A DNA stretch of 64,000 nt from NCBI GenBank assembly GCA_965214745.1, contig OZ243978.1, forward strand, positions 2,722,491-2,786,490, in the 5' to 3' direction. Numbering within the stretch: the first letter of the stretch is position 1; every line of letters begins with the position of its first letter. Position numbers and translations under genes: made by a program. Below the pieces are notes generated by a model that did no database searches, was not told the DNA's origin, and saw only the letters and a program-made list of their open reading frames with translations. The DNA comes from Dehalococcoidia bacterium (GTDB lineage Bacteria; Chloroflexota; Dehalococcoidia; Lucifugimonadales; UBA1123). Of the stretch, positions 20,252-29,344 are shown one piece after another.

Positions 20252-21141
20252 TCGCGGATGAGCTGACTCCGTCCGGTTCGCTGGGAGCGGGGGGCGCGCT
20301 TGCGCGCGCTTGGGCGTTCTTCACGAGATGGCCTATCATCCCGATAGCCATTCTAATAGCGCTTATCTTGCTGGCGCTGCTCGCGCCCATAGTTACGGCA
20401 TACGAGCCGTTGGACGGCAACTTGCGAGAGCGTCTGCTGCCGCCGATGGGAGAGTCTGCGGGCGCGGCGCATCTGTTCGGCACCGATCACGTCGGGCGAG
20501 ACGTGTTCAGTCGCGTGGCGTATGGCTCGCGCGTCTCTCTGCTCGTCGCCGCGGTCGCGCTCGTAACGGGAACCGTGTTAGGCACGTTCCTAGGCTTAGT
20601 CGCGGGCTACTTCGGCGGGATTATAGATGAAGTGATAATGCGGATCGTGGATATATGGTTCGCGTTTCCGTTCCTGATGATAGCGCTGCTGATAGCGGCA
20701 GTTGTCGGACAGGGCATGTCCACCATCATGGGGCTGCTGGCGCTGCTGGTGTGGGCGAGCTATGTGCGCTACGTGCGCGCGGAGGTTCTGACGCTGCGAG
20801 AGCGCGACTTCGTGGCGCTTGCGCGCGTGGCGGGCGCGTCGACGACTCGCATACTGCTGAAGCACCTGCTGCCGGGCGTCACCAACACGGTGGTGGTCGT
20901 GGCGACTCTCAGGGCGGGCCAGCTCGTGCTGGCGGAGGCGTCTCTGAGCTTCCTGGGCGCGGGCATCCCGCCGCCGACCCCCACGCTCGGCTCGATGATA
21001 GCGGACGGACGCGATTTCATACGCGAAGCGTGGTGGATTTCGGTGTATCCGGGCATTACCATATTCTTGATGGTGATGTCGCTGAACTTCCTAGGCGACT
21101 GGCTGCGCGATAGGATAGATCCGCGCCTGCGCCAGCTCTAA
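20248..21141 (+). CDS. ABC transporter permease (DppC/OppC-like)
   Basis: 297 aa, 4-nt overlap with the upstream permease. ...RERDFVALARVAGASTTRILLKHLLPG motif. Confidence 0.9.
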   Translation: MIADELTPSGSLGAGGALARAWAFFTRWPIIPIAILIALILLALLAPIVTAYEPLDGNLRERLLPPMGESAGAAHLFGTDHVGRDVFSRVAYGSRVSLLVAAVALVTGTVLGTFLGLVAGYFGGIIDEVIMRIVDIWFAFPFLMIALLIAAVVGQGMSTIMGLLALLVWASYVRYVRAEVLTLRERDFVALARVAGASTTRILLKHLLPGVTNTVVVVATLRAGQLVLAEASLSFLGAGIPPPTPTLGSMIADGRDFIREAWWISVYPGITIFLMVMSLNFLGDWLRDRIDPRLRQL

Positions 21142-21475
21142 ACGACGCCTGCTCCGTTCGGCGGTTTCCAACGGCGATGCGGCAGGCGCCGCTTGCCTGA
21201 AGTCTGGATCTGCGCTACGCTTTTCGTAGCGTGCCTGTTCGAGCCTCGATTGCAGACAGCTTCTATAAACGTATCGAACATCGCCAATATAACCCACATG
21301 TAGCCCCTAGACTTCAGCTCATCCCCTCGCGTTTCGATTTTTCTGACAACCTCATCAATACGTTGAGGCCGGGCGAACGAGTTTTAGCTCGGCTGATTGC
21401 GAGTTATTTTCAAGATACTAAAGGACTCTCTCGACACATTTATAATAAGCAACCGAGGTCATCAAACTGTAGTTT

Positions 21476-21982
21476 ATGACACAACCCACATTGACAAAAG
21501 CCTTACGTTCGATGGTTCGGCGATATGGTTTCGAGCAGGTCGAATTGTCTCTACGTGAGATCGGTCCTGAAACATCGAAGCAGGGTGCAAGATCGCTCCA
21601 CGAAACCACTGCGCCAAAAGCAAGGAAGATCGGGAGACGCAGAGCTACGGCTCCGGAATACGTTGCTAAACTGAAACTTTCTTCTGAGAAAGAGGCTGTA
21701 GCAGTAGAGCTTGCCAGAAGATTCGAGAACAAGTCTTTCCTGCCCTCATTCCACGATATTGCGTACTTCTGCCAAATATACGGCATCGCTATACCAGCAT
21801 CCAGATCGCGCGCAAGCGCCATCCCGCGGGTGTTCAAGTTCATAGCCGCAATGGACCTCGCCGACTCTCAGAAGATATTGGACTACGGCATGTTCTCTGG
21901 CCCGTCTCGCCTAGGCCCCATTGCGGATGCAATACGACGCAACGGCAGGGCAGACAATGCGGGAGCATACTCCGAAAGCTAA
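21476..21982 (+). CDS. hypothetical protein (orphan, AT-rich gene)
   Basis: 168-aa ORF in a visibly AT-richer stretch (~21240-21990). Stop lies 7 nt before the gcvT ATG. No motif I can recognise. Confidence 0.4.
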   Translation: MTQPTLTKALRSMVRRYGFEQVELSLREIGPETSKQGARSLHETTAPKARKIGRRRATAPEYVAKLKLSSEKEAVAVELARRFENKSFLPSFHDIAYFCQIYGIAIPASRSRASAIPRVFKFIAAMDLADSQKILDYGMFSGPSRLGPIADAIRRNGRADNAGAYSES

Positions 21983-21988
21983 CGCAGA

Positions 21989-23095
21989 ATGCCTAACGAA
22001 TCCCAACCCCGCCGCACCCCGCTATACGATGTCCACGTCGCCCAAGGCGCGCGGCTCATGCCGTTCGCGGGATGGGAGATGCCGATTCGGTACGGCGAGG
22101 GCATCATCGAGGAGACGCGCGCCGCGAGAACGGGCGCGGGGCTGTTCGACGTGTCGCACATGGGGCGGCTGGATGTGTCGGGCGCGGACGCGGCGGCTCT
22201 GCTGAGCGCGGTTCTCAGCGTAGACGCGCGCAGTCTGCGGCGCGGGCGGGCGCGATACAACGTCATCTGCGACGAGCGCGGCGGCATCATCGACGATTGC
22301 ATCGTCTACAGACGCGGCGAGGAACGCTTCTTGCTCATCCCGAACGCGGCTAACGCGGCTGCGGTACTCGCTTGGCTAGCGCGCTGGACGCCGCGCGGCG
22401 CGGACGTAAGCGTCGCAGACACGACGGCGGACGTGGCGATGATAGCCTTCCAAGGTCCGCGCGCGGCGCAGACGCTCCAGCGGCTTTCGGACGACGACCT
22501 CTCGAAGATACGCCCGTTCCGCGCCGCGCCCGCGACGGTGAACGGCGGAGCGGCTTACTTGGCGCGAACCGGCTACACGGGCGAGGATGGCTTCGAGATA
22601 ATGCTGCCCAGCGAGAACGCGGCGGCGCTGTGGCTCGCGCTCTCGGAGCTTGGCGCGAAACCTTGCGGACTCGGCGCGCGCGATGTCTTGCGGCTCGAAG
22701 CGGGATTGCTGCTGCACGGAAACGACATGGATACGTCGGTAGACCCCTACGAAGCGGGCTTGGGCAAGTTCGTAGAGGCGGACAGAGAAGATTACGTCGC
22801 GGGCGCGGCGCTAAGGGCTGTTCGCGACGCGGGCGCCGCCCGAAAGCTGGCGGCGTTCACGATGGTCGGCAGGGGCATCGCGCGGCGCGGGTACGCCATC
22901 CTCGCGGACGGACGCCGCATCGGGGAAGTTTCGTCCGGGGGGCCATCGCCGACGCTTGACTTGAACATAGGCTTGGGCTATGTTCCAATCGCCTACGCGA
23001 AAGCGGGCGCTCGCATCGACATAGAGATACGAGGCCGCCCGGTGGAGGCGAAGATAGCCACCCTACCCTTCTATCGACGGAGAAGGCGCGCATGA
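21989..23095 (+). CDS. gcvT: glycine cleavage system aminomethyltransferase T protein
   Basis: 368 aa. RTPLYDVHVAQGARLMPFAGWEMPIRY..., ...ARTGYTGEDGFEI... Confidence 0.93.
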   Translation: MPNESQPRRTPLYDVHVAQGARLMPFAGWEMPIRYGEGIIEETRAARTGAGLFDVSHMGRLDVSGADAAALLSAVLSVDARSLRRGRARYNVICDERGGIIDDCIVYRRGEERFLLIPNAANAAAVLAWLARWTPRGADVSVADTTADVAMIAFQGPRAAQTLQRLSDDDLSKIRPFRAAPATVNGGAAYLARTGYTGEDGFEIMLPSENAAALWLALSELGAKPCGLGARDVLRLEAGLLLHGNDMDTSVDPYEAGLGKFVEADREDYVAGAALRAVRDAGAARKLAAFTMVGRGIARRGYAILADGRRIGEVSSGGPSPTLDLNIGLGYVPIAYAKAGARIDIEIRGRPVEAKIATLPFYRRRRRA

Positions 23096-23478
23096 ACCCG
23101 GAGAACCTACGTTACTCCAAAGAACACGAATGGCTTGCCGTCGATGACGACGGCGCGGCGGTAATCGGCATCACCCACTTCGCGCAAGACAGCCTTGGCG
23201 ACGTGGTGTTCGTCGAGCTGCCGGAGGTGGGGGCGGACGTCAGCCAGTTCGGGAAGATGGGCGAGATAGAATCCGTCAAAGCCGTATCAGATCTGTACTC
23301 TCCGGTCAGTGGCAAAGTCGCGGCGCGCAACGACGCGCTAGAAGACCTGCCTGAGCTTGTGAACGACAGCCCATACGAAGATGGCTGGATGCTGCGCGTG
23401 GAAATGGCGGACTCGTCCGAGCTGGACAGCCTGCTGAGCGCGTCGGAGTACGAAGCCTTCTTGGCGTCGGAAGCGTAG
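23092..23478 (+). CDS. gcvH: glycine cleavage system H protein
   Basis: 128 aa. YSKEHEWL..., lipoyl-lysine motif GEIESVKAVSDLYSPVSG. Confidence 0.93.
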   Translation: MNPENLRYSKEHEWLAVDDDGAAVIGITHFAQDSLGDVVFVELPEVGADVSQFGKMGEIESVKAVSDLYSPVSGKVAARNDALEDLPELVNDSPYEDGWMLRVEMADSSELDSLLSASEYEAFLASEA

Positions 23479-23487
23479 GCGCGCGCG

Positions 23488-24822
23488 GTGTCGGCGGACA
23501 CATTCCAGTCTCCCTACGCGCCCAACACCGACGACGACAGGCGCGCCATGCTCGCCGCCATAGGCGTCGACTCAGTGGACGAGCTTTTCGCGGACGTTCC
23601 GGCGGGGCATCTGAACTTCGATCTCGATCTGCCATCGGCGCGGGACGAGATGGAGCTGATCCGGCGCGCGGCTCGGCTGGCTGCGAAGAATCGCGCGCCG
23701 GGCGAGTACGCCTGCTTCCTTGGCGGCGGCGCGTACAGGCATCACGTCCCGGCGGTGGTGCGGCATATAGCGTCGCGCAGCGAGTACATGACCGCGTACA
23801 CGCCCTATCAGCCGGAGGTGTCGCAAGGCACGCTGCAAACCGGCTTCGAGTTCCAGAGTATGATCTGCCAGCTCACGGGCATGGACGTAGCCAACCTAGG
23901 CATGTACGATGGATCGACCTCGCTGGCGGAGGCAGCGCTGATGGCGGCGCGCATAACGCGGCGCGAGCGGGTGGCGGTCATGGATACGGTGTCGCCGCTG
24001 TACCGCGACGTTCTGGATACATACACGCAGGCGCCGGGCATCGCGGTGGACACGATAGGCGGCGCGGACGGCGCGGGCATAGGCGCGGATACGGCGTGCG
24101 TCATCGTTCAGCAGCCGAACTTCTTTGGCTGCATGGAGGACGCGCGCGCGCTTGCGAACGCCGCCCACGCCAACGGCGCGCTGCTCATCGTCAGCGTAGA
24201 TCCGGTGTCGCTCGGCATGTTCGAGCCGCCGTCGGGTTACGGCGCGGACATCGTAGTTGGCGAAGGGCAGCCGCTCGGCGTCCCGCCCACGTTCGGGGGC
24301 CCTTACGTGGGGCTGTTCGCTTGCAAGCGGCAGTACATCCGCCAAATGCCGGGCCGCATCGTGGGGCGCACGGTGGATACGCGCGGACGCGAAGCGTTCG
24401 TGCTGACGCTCCAGACCCGCGAACAGCACATCAGGCGCGAGCGCGCCACCTCCAACATATGCACGTCCGTCGCGCTCATCGCGCTCATGTCCACCGTATA
24501 TCTGGCGTCGTTCGGCAAGCGCGGGCTTAGGCGCGTGGCGGAGCTGTGCTACCACAAATCGCACTACGCGGCTCGGCTCATAGCGGATATTCCGGGATAC
24601 AGCCTGCCTATGAACGGCGTGTTCTTCCAAGAGTTCGTCGTAAGCTGCCCGAAGCCGCCCTCGGAGATCAACGAGCGGCTGTTGGACTACGGCATCATCG
24701 GCGGGCTGGACATCAGCGACTCGACGCCGAACGGGATGCTCGTGTGCGTAACCGAAGCGAACCCGCGCGAAGAGATAGAACGGCTGGCAGCGGCTCTGGC
24801 GGAAATCGGCGGGAGGGCGTAG
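23488..24822 (+). CDS. gcvPA: glycine dehydrogenase (decarboxylating) subunit 1
   Basis: 444 aa, GTG start. ...SEYMTAYTPYQPEVSQGTLQ..., ...REQHIRRERATSNICT... Confidence 0.93.
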   Translation: MSADTFQSPYAPNTDDDRRAMLAAIGVDSVDELFADVPAGHLNFDLDLPSARDEMELIRRAARLAAKNRAPGEYACFLGGGAYRHHVPAVVRHIASRSEYMTAYTPYQPEVSQGTLQTGFEFQSMICQLTGMDVANLGMYDGSTSLAEAALMAARITRRERVAVMDTVSPLYRDVLDTYTQAPGIAVDTIGGADGAGIGADTACVIVQQPNFFGCMEDARALANAAHANGALLIVSVDPVSLGMFEPPSGYGADIVVGEGQPLGVPPTFGGPYVGLFACKRQYIRQMPGRIVGRTVDTRGREAFVLTLQTREQHIRRERATSNICTSVALIALMSTVYLASFGKRGLRRVAELCYHKSHYAARLIADIPGYSLPMNGVFFQEFVVSCPKPPSEINERLLDYGIIGGLDISDSTPNGMLVCVTEANPREEIERLAAALAEIGGRA

Positions 24823-26295
24823 ATGAACGATCTGCTCCAGAGATCCGAGCTGGACAAGCGAAAGCTGCTGATGGACCGCAGCCGCGCCGGCCGCGTCGGA
24901 ACTACGCTCCCGCCGCTGGACGTTCCGCCGTCCGAGCTTCCCGACGCCTCGATGCTGCGCGACGATCTAGAGCTGCCGGAAGTGTCGGAAGGCGAAATCG
25001 TGCGCTATTTTTCGCAGATAAGCCAGCTCAACTTCTCAATAGACCACAACTTCTACCCGCTCGGCAGCTGCACGATGAAGTACAACCCGAAGCTGAACGA
25101 CGAGATAGCGTCGCTTGCGGGGTTCTCGCAGATACACCCGCTTCAGCCGGAGTCCACCGCGCAGGGCGCGATAGAATTGCTGTGGGAGTTGCAAGAGCAG
25201 ATCAACGAGATAACCGGCATGGCGGGCTGCTCGCTCGCGCCGATGGCGGGCGCGGACGGCGAGCTTGCGGGGATGCTGATGGCGCGCGCGTACCACCTAG
25301 AGCGCGGCGACGACAAGCGCGACAAGGTTCTGATTCCGGATTCGGCGCACGGCACTAACCCCGCGTCGGCGGCAATGGCGGGGTTCGAGGTGGTGACGCT
25401 GCCATCCAACGCCAACGGCGACACGGATTTGGACGCGCTGCGCGACTCGGTGAACGAAGAGCTTGCGGGGCTGATGATTACGCTTCCCAGCACGCTTGGG
25501 CTGTTCGACACGAACATACTGGAGGTTACGCGGATAGTTCGGGACGCGGGCGGCATAGTGTACGGCGACGGCGCGAACCTGAACGCCATAGTCGGGCGGG
25601 TGAAGTTCGGCGATCTGGGATTCGACGTCATCCACTCGAACCTGCACAAGACGTTCACGCAGCCGCACGGCGGGGGCGGCCCCGGCGCGGGTCCGGTAAT
25701 CGCGGGCGAGCGGCTCGTCGACTACCTGCCCACGCCCGTCGCCGCCAAGCGCGACGGCGACGGCTTCACGCTCGCCGCGCCGCCCAAGTCCATAGGCAGG
25801 ATGGGAGCGTTCCACGGCAACTTCGGCGCGCTCGTTCGCGCGTGGGCGTACATATCCACGCTCGGCAAGGAAGGCATCCCGCGTATAAGCGAAGACGCGG
25901 TTATCAACGCCAACTACATCCTCGCCAAGCTGCGCGGCGTTTACGATCTGCCATACGACCGCAGCTGCATGCACGAGGTGGTCTTTTCGGCGTCGAATCT
26001 TCGGCGCGGGCACGGCGTGAAGGCGCTGGACGTAGCCAAGCGTCTGATAGACTACGGCATCCACCCGCCGACGATGTACTTTCCGCTCATCGTCGACGAG
26101 GCGCTGATGATAGAGCCGACGGAGACCGAATCGAAAGAGACGCTCGATTACTTCATCGAGGTGATGAAAACTATAGCGGCGGAGGCGGCGAGCGACCCCG
26201 ATCTCCTGCTCGAAGCGCCGCACGACACGCCGAACACGCGGCTCGACGAGGCGCGCGCGGCGCGGAGGCCCGATCTGCGGTGGCGACGGGAGTGA
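24823..26295 (+). CDS. gcvPB: glycine dehydrogenase (decarboxylating) subunit 2
   Basis: 490 aa. ...YPLGSCTMKYNPK..., PLP-Lys context HSNLHKTF. Confidence 0.93.
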   Translation: MNDLLQRSELDKRKLLMDRSRAGRVGTTLPPLDVPPSELPDASMLRDDLELPEVSEGEIVRYFSQISQLNFSIDHNFYPLGSCTMKYNPKLNDEIASLAGFSQIHPLQPESTAQGAIELLWELQEQINEITGMAGCSLAPMAGADGELAGMLMARAYHLERGDDKRDKVLIPDSAHGTNPASAAMAGFEVVTLPSNANGDTDLDALRDSVNEELAGLMITLPSTLGLFDTNILEVTRIVRDAGGIVYGDGANLNAIVGRVKFGDLGFDVIHSNLHKTFTQPHGGGGPGAGPVIAGERLVDYLPTPVAAKRDGDGFTLAAPPKSIGRMGAFHGNFGALVRAWAYISTLGKEGIPRISEDAVINANYILAKLRGVYDLPYDRSCMHEVVFSASNLRRGHGVKALDVAKRLIDYGIHPPTMYFPLIVDEALMIEPTETESKETLDYFIEVMKTIAAEAASDPDLLLEAPHDTPNTRLDEARAARRPDLRWRRE

Positions 26296-26426
26296 ATAGG
26301 ATGGAGTGAGTAGGATATTGAGGATTGCGAAATCTCTCCCAACTGCGTAACGCTTAGCCCGAATATCCTGTTCATCCCGTACATCTATGCAAGCAAGCCA
26401 TGAACCAAACCAATGGAGAACGAACC

Positions 26427-26888
26427 ATGTCAGAAGTAGGCGAAGCGGCGCCGGATTTCACCCTGCCCGCCCACAACGGCAGCGCGATAACGCTTAGCGA
26501 CTATCGCGGGAAGAAGAACGTCGTCCTGTCGTTCCACATCTTTTCGTTTACGGGCGGTTGAACGCATCAGGTCTCCTCGATGCGTATCCACAACGCGCTG
26601 TTCGAGGAGAACGATGCCCAGGTGCTGGGCATTAGCTGCGACTCCCGCCCGACGCAGGTCGCGTTCGCGTCCTCTCTGGGGTCCATCCCCTACCCGCTGC
26701 TTGCGGATTTCTGGCCGCACGGCAAGGTGTGCGGCGACTTCGGCGTTCTGAACGAGAACCTCGGCGCGCCGCTGCGCGCTATCGTCATAATCGACAAGCA
26801 AGGCGTCATCCGATTCAAACAAACATACGCCGCCGCGGACGCTCTCGACCCGCGCGACGTAATGGCTGAAGTCGAGAAGCTGGCGTAG
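26427..26888 (+). CDS. peroxiredoxin (AhpC/TSA-BCP type) with in-frame TGA (26559-26561) at the peroxidatic Cys position: probable selenocysteine peroxiredoxin
   Basis: ATG 26427 with GGAG upstream. MSEVGEAAPDFTLPAHNGSAITLSDYRGKKNVVLSFHIFSFTGG-[TGA]-THQVSSMRIHNALFEENDAQVLGISCDS... is in frame with tracked ORF 26580..26888. Joined length is 153 aa. Confidence 0.65.
26562..26585 (+). promoter_or_regulatory. candidate bacterial SECIS hairpin
   Basis: ACGCATC-AGGTCTCCTC-GATGCGT is a perfect 7-bp stem starting at the nucleotide after the TGA. The loop contains AGGUCU, as in the E. coli fdhF SECIS apex. The spacing to the UGA is shorter than in fdhF. Confidence 0.5.
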
Positions 26889-26913
26889 CGGCGCTAGCTG
26901 GATTGGCTCCGAG

Positions 26914-27738
26914 ATGATGCTGGACAGGCGTGGCGCGTTCCGCGAGGGCGAGCATATTCAGCTGCTCGACCGTCGCGGGCGCAGCTACCTGTTTCTACTT
27001 GCGCCCGGGCGGCTGTTCGAGTCGCACATCGGCAGCGTTCCCGCGTCGGAAATCATCGGGCGCGAAGAAGGCAGCTGGCTGACGACGAGCAGGGGGCATC
27101 GCCTAATGGCGGTTCGCCCCACGCTCGCCGAGCTGACGCTGCGAATGCCGCGACTGGCTGCGGTGATGTATCCCAAAGACCTCGCCGCGATGCTGGTGTA
27201 CGCCGACGTGTTTCCGGGCGCGCGCGTTCTGGAGGCGGGCGCAGGCTCGGGCGCGACGACGATGACGCTGCTGCGAGCCGTGGGCGACGCGGGGCGCGTG
27301 TTCACATACGACGTTCGGCAAGACATGTTGGAACGCGCCGAGACGAACGTCGCGCGCTACTTCGAGCGGTTCGACAACCTAGAGCTGAAGCTGGGCGACG
27401 TGTACGAGGGCTTCGAGGAGCGCGACATAGACAGGGTCATCCTAGACCTGCCCGAGCCGTGGCACGTCGCGCCTCACGCATCCGAGCGCATGACTGCGGG
27501 CGGCGTGTTCTTCGGGTTCGTCCCCACCGTGCCGCAGGTGGAAGAGCTCGTGCGGACGCTCCGCGCTCTACGCACCTTCGGCATGATAGAGATTATGGAA
27601 GTGATGATGCGGCAATGGAACGTGAGCGGGCGCAGCGTCCGCCCATCGCACCGCATGGTTGGGCATACGGGCTTCATCGTCACGGCGCGCCGAACCTCTC
27701 CGCGAGAGTCGGCAAACGCTCCCGACGGCAACGGGTAG
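26914..27738 (+). CDS. trmI: tRNA (adenine(58)-N1)-methyltransferase (TrmI/GCD14 family)
   Basis: 274 aa. N-terminal beta domain (GEHIQLLDRRGRSYLFLLAPG...), YPKDLAAM, SAM motif VLEAGAGSGATT, DLPEPW. Confidence 0.85.
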   Translation: MMLDRRGAFREGEHIQLLDRRGRSYLFLLAPGRLFESHIGSVPASEIIGREEGSWLTTSRGHRLMAVRPTLAELTLRMPRLAAVMYPKDLAAMLVYADVFPGARVLEAGAGSGATTMTLLRAVGDAGRVFTYDVRQDMLERAETNVARYFERFDNLELKLGDVYEGFEERDIDRVILDLPEPWHVAPHASERMTAGGVFFGFVPTVPQVEELVRTLRALRTFGMIEIMEVMMRQWNVSGRSVRPSHRMVGHTGFIVTARRTSPRESANAPDGNG

Positions 27739-27771
27739 CCGTCCGCCCCCGCCCGGCGGACGCGGCTAGCG

Positions 27772-29046
27772 CTACTCCGCTGAGAAATGCCACAGGCTTT
27801 CTAGCGCAATGCCGCCGGACGGTGGCGACGGCGGGAGATGCCGCGCGCCCAACATCGGCGCGGCTAGCCGCTCGACGATGCAGGCGGGCGCGTCCAAATC
27901 CGTCGAGCGCGATATTCCGCTGTCCTTCTCCTGAAAAAGCGCCCTGAACGCGCCGAGTCCATCGGGCGCGGCTAGCCTACGGATGGCGCGCAGGTTGGCA
28001 AGCTCGGCAGCGCGATCCAACCCGGCAGACGCGATATAGCTCTCCATGCGGCGGATGCCGAGCGAGGTCAGCAACTCCGCCTGCGTGGTCAGGAACACGG
28101 GCGCGAGTCCGACGGCTCTCCCCGACTCTATCAGCGCGCTGAAGTCGACGCGCGCCGTGATGTCTTGGCGTCCGACGCGCTGGTATGGGCTGCCGCCGGC
28201 TGTGTGGCGGTAGTGCGTCTGAAGCGTCCCGCCGGCGCGGCGCGGCGAGTACAGCTCTCCAGCCTCGTCTCCGTAGTCGATGGTGAGCGCGAACCCGCGA
28301 TCCAGCGCGGCGGCGGCGCTGGCGGCCCAACCGTCTATGCCCGCGTTCACCTCGCCGCGATAGCCGTCCGGAAGGCGCGCCAGCGCGGGCGCGAGCCGCT
28401 CCGCAATGAGCGGCGTAGTAGGCTCGCGCAGCCGCTCCGTGAAGCTGCCGTCAGCGCCTGCCGCGACGAAGACTTCGAGCGGACGGCCGCCTTCTATCTG
28501 GAAGCGATGAACGGGGAAGGCGTCTATCAGCTCGTTGGAGACGACACACCCGACTACGCCTCGCAGAGGCAGCGCCGTAGACGCCGCCCACGAGACGCCG
28601 GCGGGCGTGGACGGACGGGAGCGCGCGGACATGCGGTCTATGGCGACGTATCGGACGGCGCGCGCGAAGTCCGGCAGCTGCCGTTCCGCAAACTCCATCA
28701 GATCGACGGCGAGGATGCCATCGCCCGCGCCGCACTCGACTATCCAGAACGGGGATGGGCAGCCTAACGCGCGCCACATGGCGAATATCTGCGCTGCGAG
28801 CAACGCGCCGAAGGCCGGATGCGCCGTCGGGCTGGTGAAGTAGTCCCCACCCGCGCCGATCCGCCCGCGCCGCGCATAGTAGCCGTCGGGGTAGTAGAGC
28901 GCTATCTCCATGAACTCGGCGAACGGGATGCCGCCCGAATCCGCGATTCGGCGGCGGATCTCCCTTTCGGCGCCTGTCGGCTCGGGGGCAGGCGCGCGCG
29001 TGGACAGCAGGGCGCGGATGCTAACTTCGGCGCGAAGGCGGCTCAT
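27772..29046 (-). CDS. SAM-dependent methyltransferase, MidA/NDUFAF7 (DUF185) family
   Basis: 424 aa. IPFAEFMEIALYYPDGYYARRG..GAGGDYFTSPTAHPAFG, ...IVECGAGDG..., ...VVSNELIDAFPVHRF. Confidence 0.8.
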   Translation of the reverse strand: MSRLRAEVSIRALLSTRAPAPEPTGAEREIRRRIADSGGIPFAEFMEIALYYPDGYYARRGRIGAGGDYFTSPTAHPAFGALLAAQIFAMWRALGCPSPFWIVECGAGDGILAVDLMEFAERQLPDFARAVRYVAIDRMSARSRPSTPAGVSWAASTALPLRGVVGCVVSNELIDAFPVHRFQIEGGRPLEVFVAAGADGSFTERLREPTTPLIAERLAPALARLPDGYRGEVNAGIDGWAASAAAALDRGFALTIDYGDEAGELYSPRRAGGTLQTHYRHTAGGSPYQRVGRQDITARVDFSALIESGRAVGLAPVFLTTQAELLTSLGIRRMESYIASAGLDRAAELANLRAIRRLAAPDGLGAFRALFQEKDSGISRSTDLDAPACIVERLAAPMLGARHLPPSPPSGGIALESLWHFSAE

Positions 29047-29113
29047 GGCAATGCGCGCAACGCGGGCGAGCTAAGAATGTATTTCCAACGCCCTTTGCGG
29101 GCGATGGGGAAGC

Positions 29114-29314
29114 CTAGCGTCTGCCGGCGCTCTTCCGCTGACGCGCCGCGCGTCTCCGCCTGCCGTCCCTGTCCCAGCCCGAACCTTGTATGGAGTTCTT
29201 GAACTCTTGCGACGCCCCGCACTTCTTGCATGTTCCCATGCTCGTGGGCCCGTTCGGCTGATCTATCATCCAGTGATGCGTGCAGTCGGATACGACTACG
29301 GACTCGTCAGTCAA
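29114..29314 (-). CDS. small zinc-ribbon-like protein with basic tail (hypothetical)
   Basis: 66 aa. CTHHW...CKKCG four-ligand pattern and a C-terminal RRRRAARQRK tail. Same strand and tightly spaced between gltA and the MidA-type gene. Confidence 0.4.
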   Translation of the reverse strand: MTDESVVVSDCTHHWMIDQPNGPTSMGTCKKCGASQEFKNSIQGSGWDRDGRRRRAARQRKSAGRR

Positions 29315-29344
29315 TTGCGGCTTCCTTCCTCCGTGCGCGATAAG

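Noticed and set aside
21213-21231. Hairpin CGCTACG-CTTTT-CGTAGCG after the ABC permease, as a possible intrinsic terminator.
   Set aside because: The 7-bp stem is real, but no U-tract follows it. Support is too weak to list as a terminator.
21142-21988. Expected glycine riboswitch upstream of gcvT.
   Set aside because: I could not find the conserved tandem aptamer cores (GGAGAG...CACCG...ACCGAAGGGGCAA-like). The region is occupied by an ORF. An Infernal scan would be decisive.
26614-26632. Second perfect 8-bp hairpin (ATGCCCAG-GTG-CTGGGCAT) downstream of the peroxiredoxin TGA, as an alternative SECIS.
   Set aside because: It starts more than 50 nt after the UGA and has only a 3-nt loop without the usual GU-containing apex. 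The hairpin at 26562-26585 is the better candidate.
26430-26822. 130-aa minus-strand ORF overlapping the peroxiredoxin locus.
   Set aside because: It is antisense to a gene with clear family motifs and has no recognisable motif of its own. This is a typical high-GC shadow ORF.
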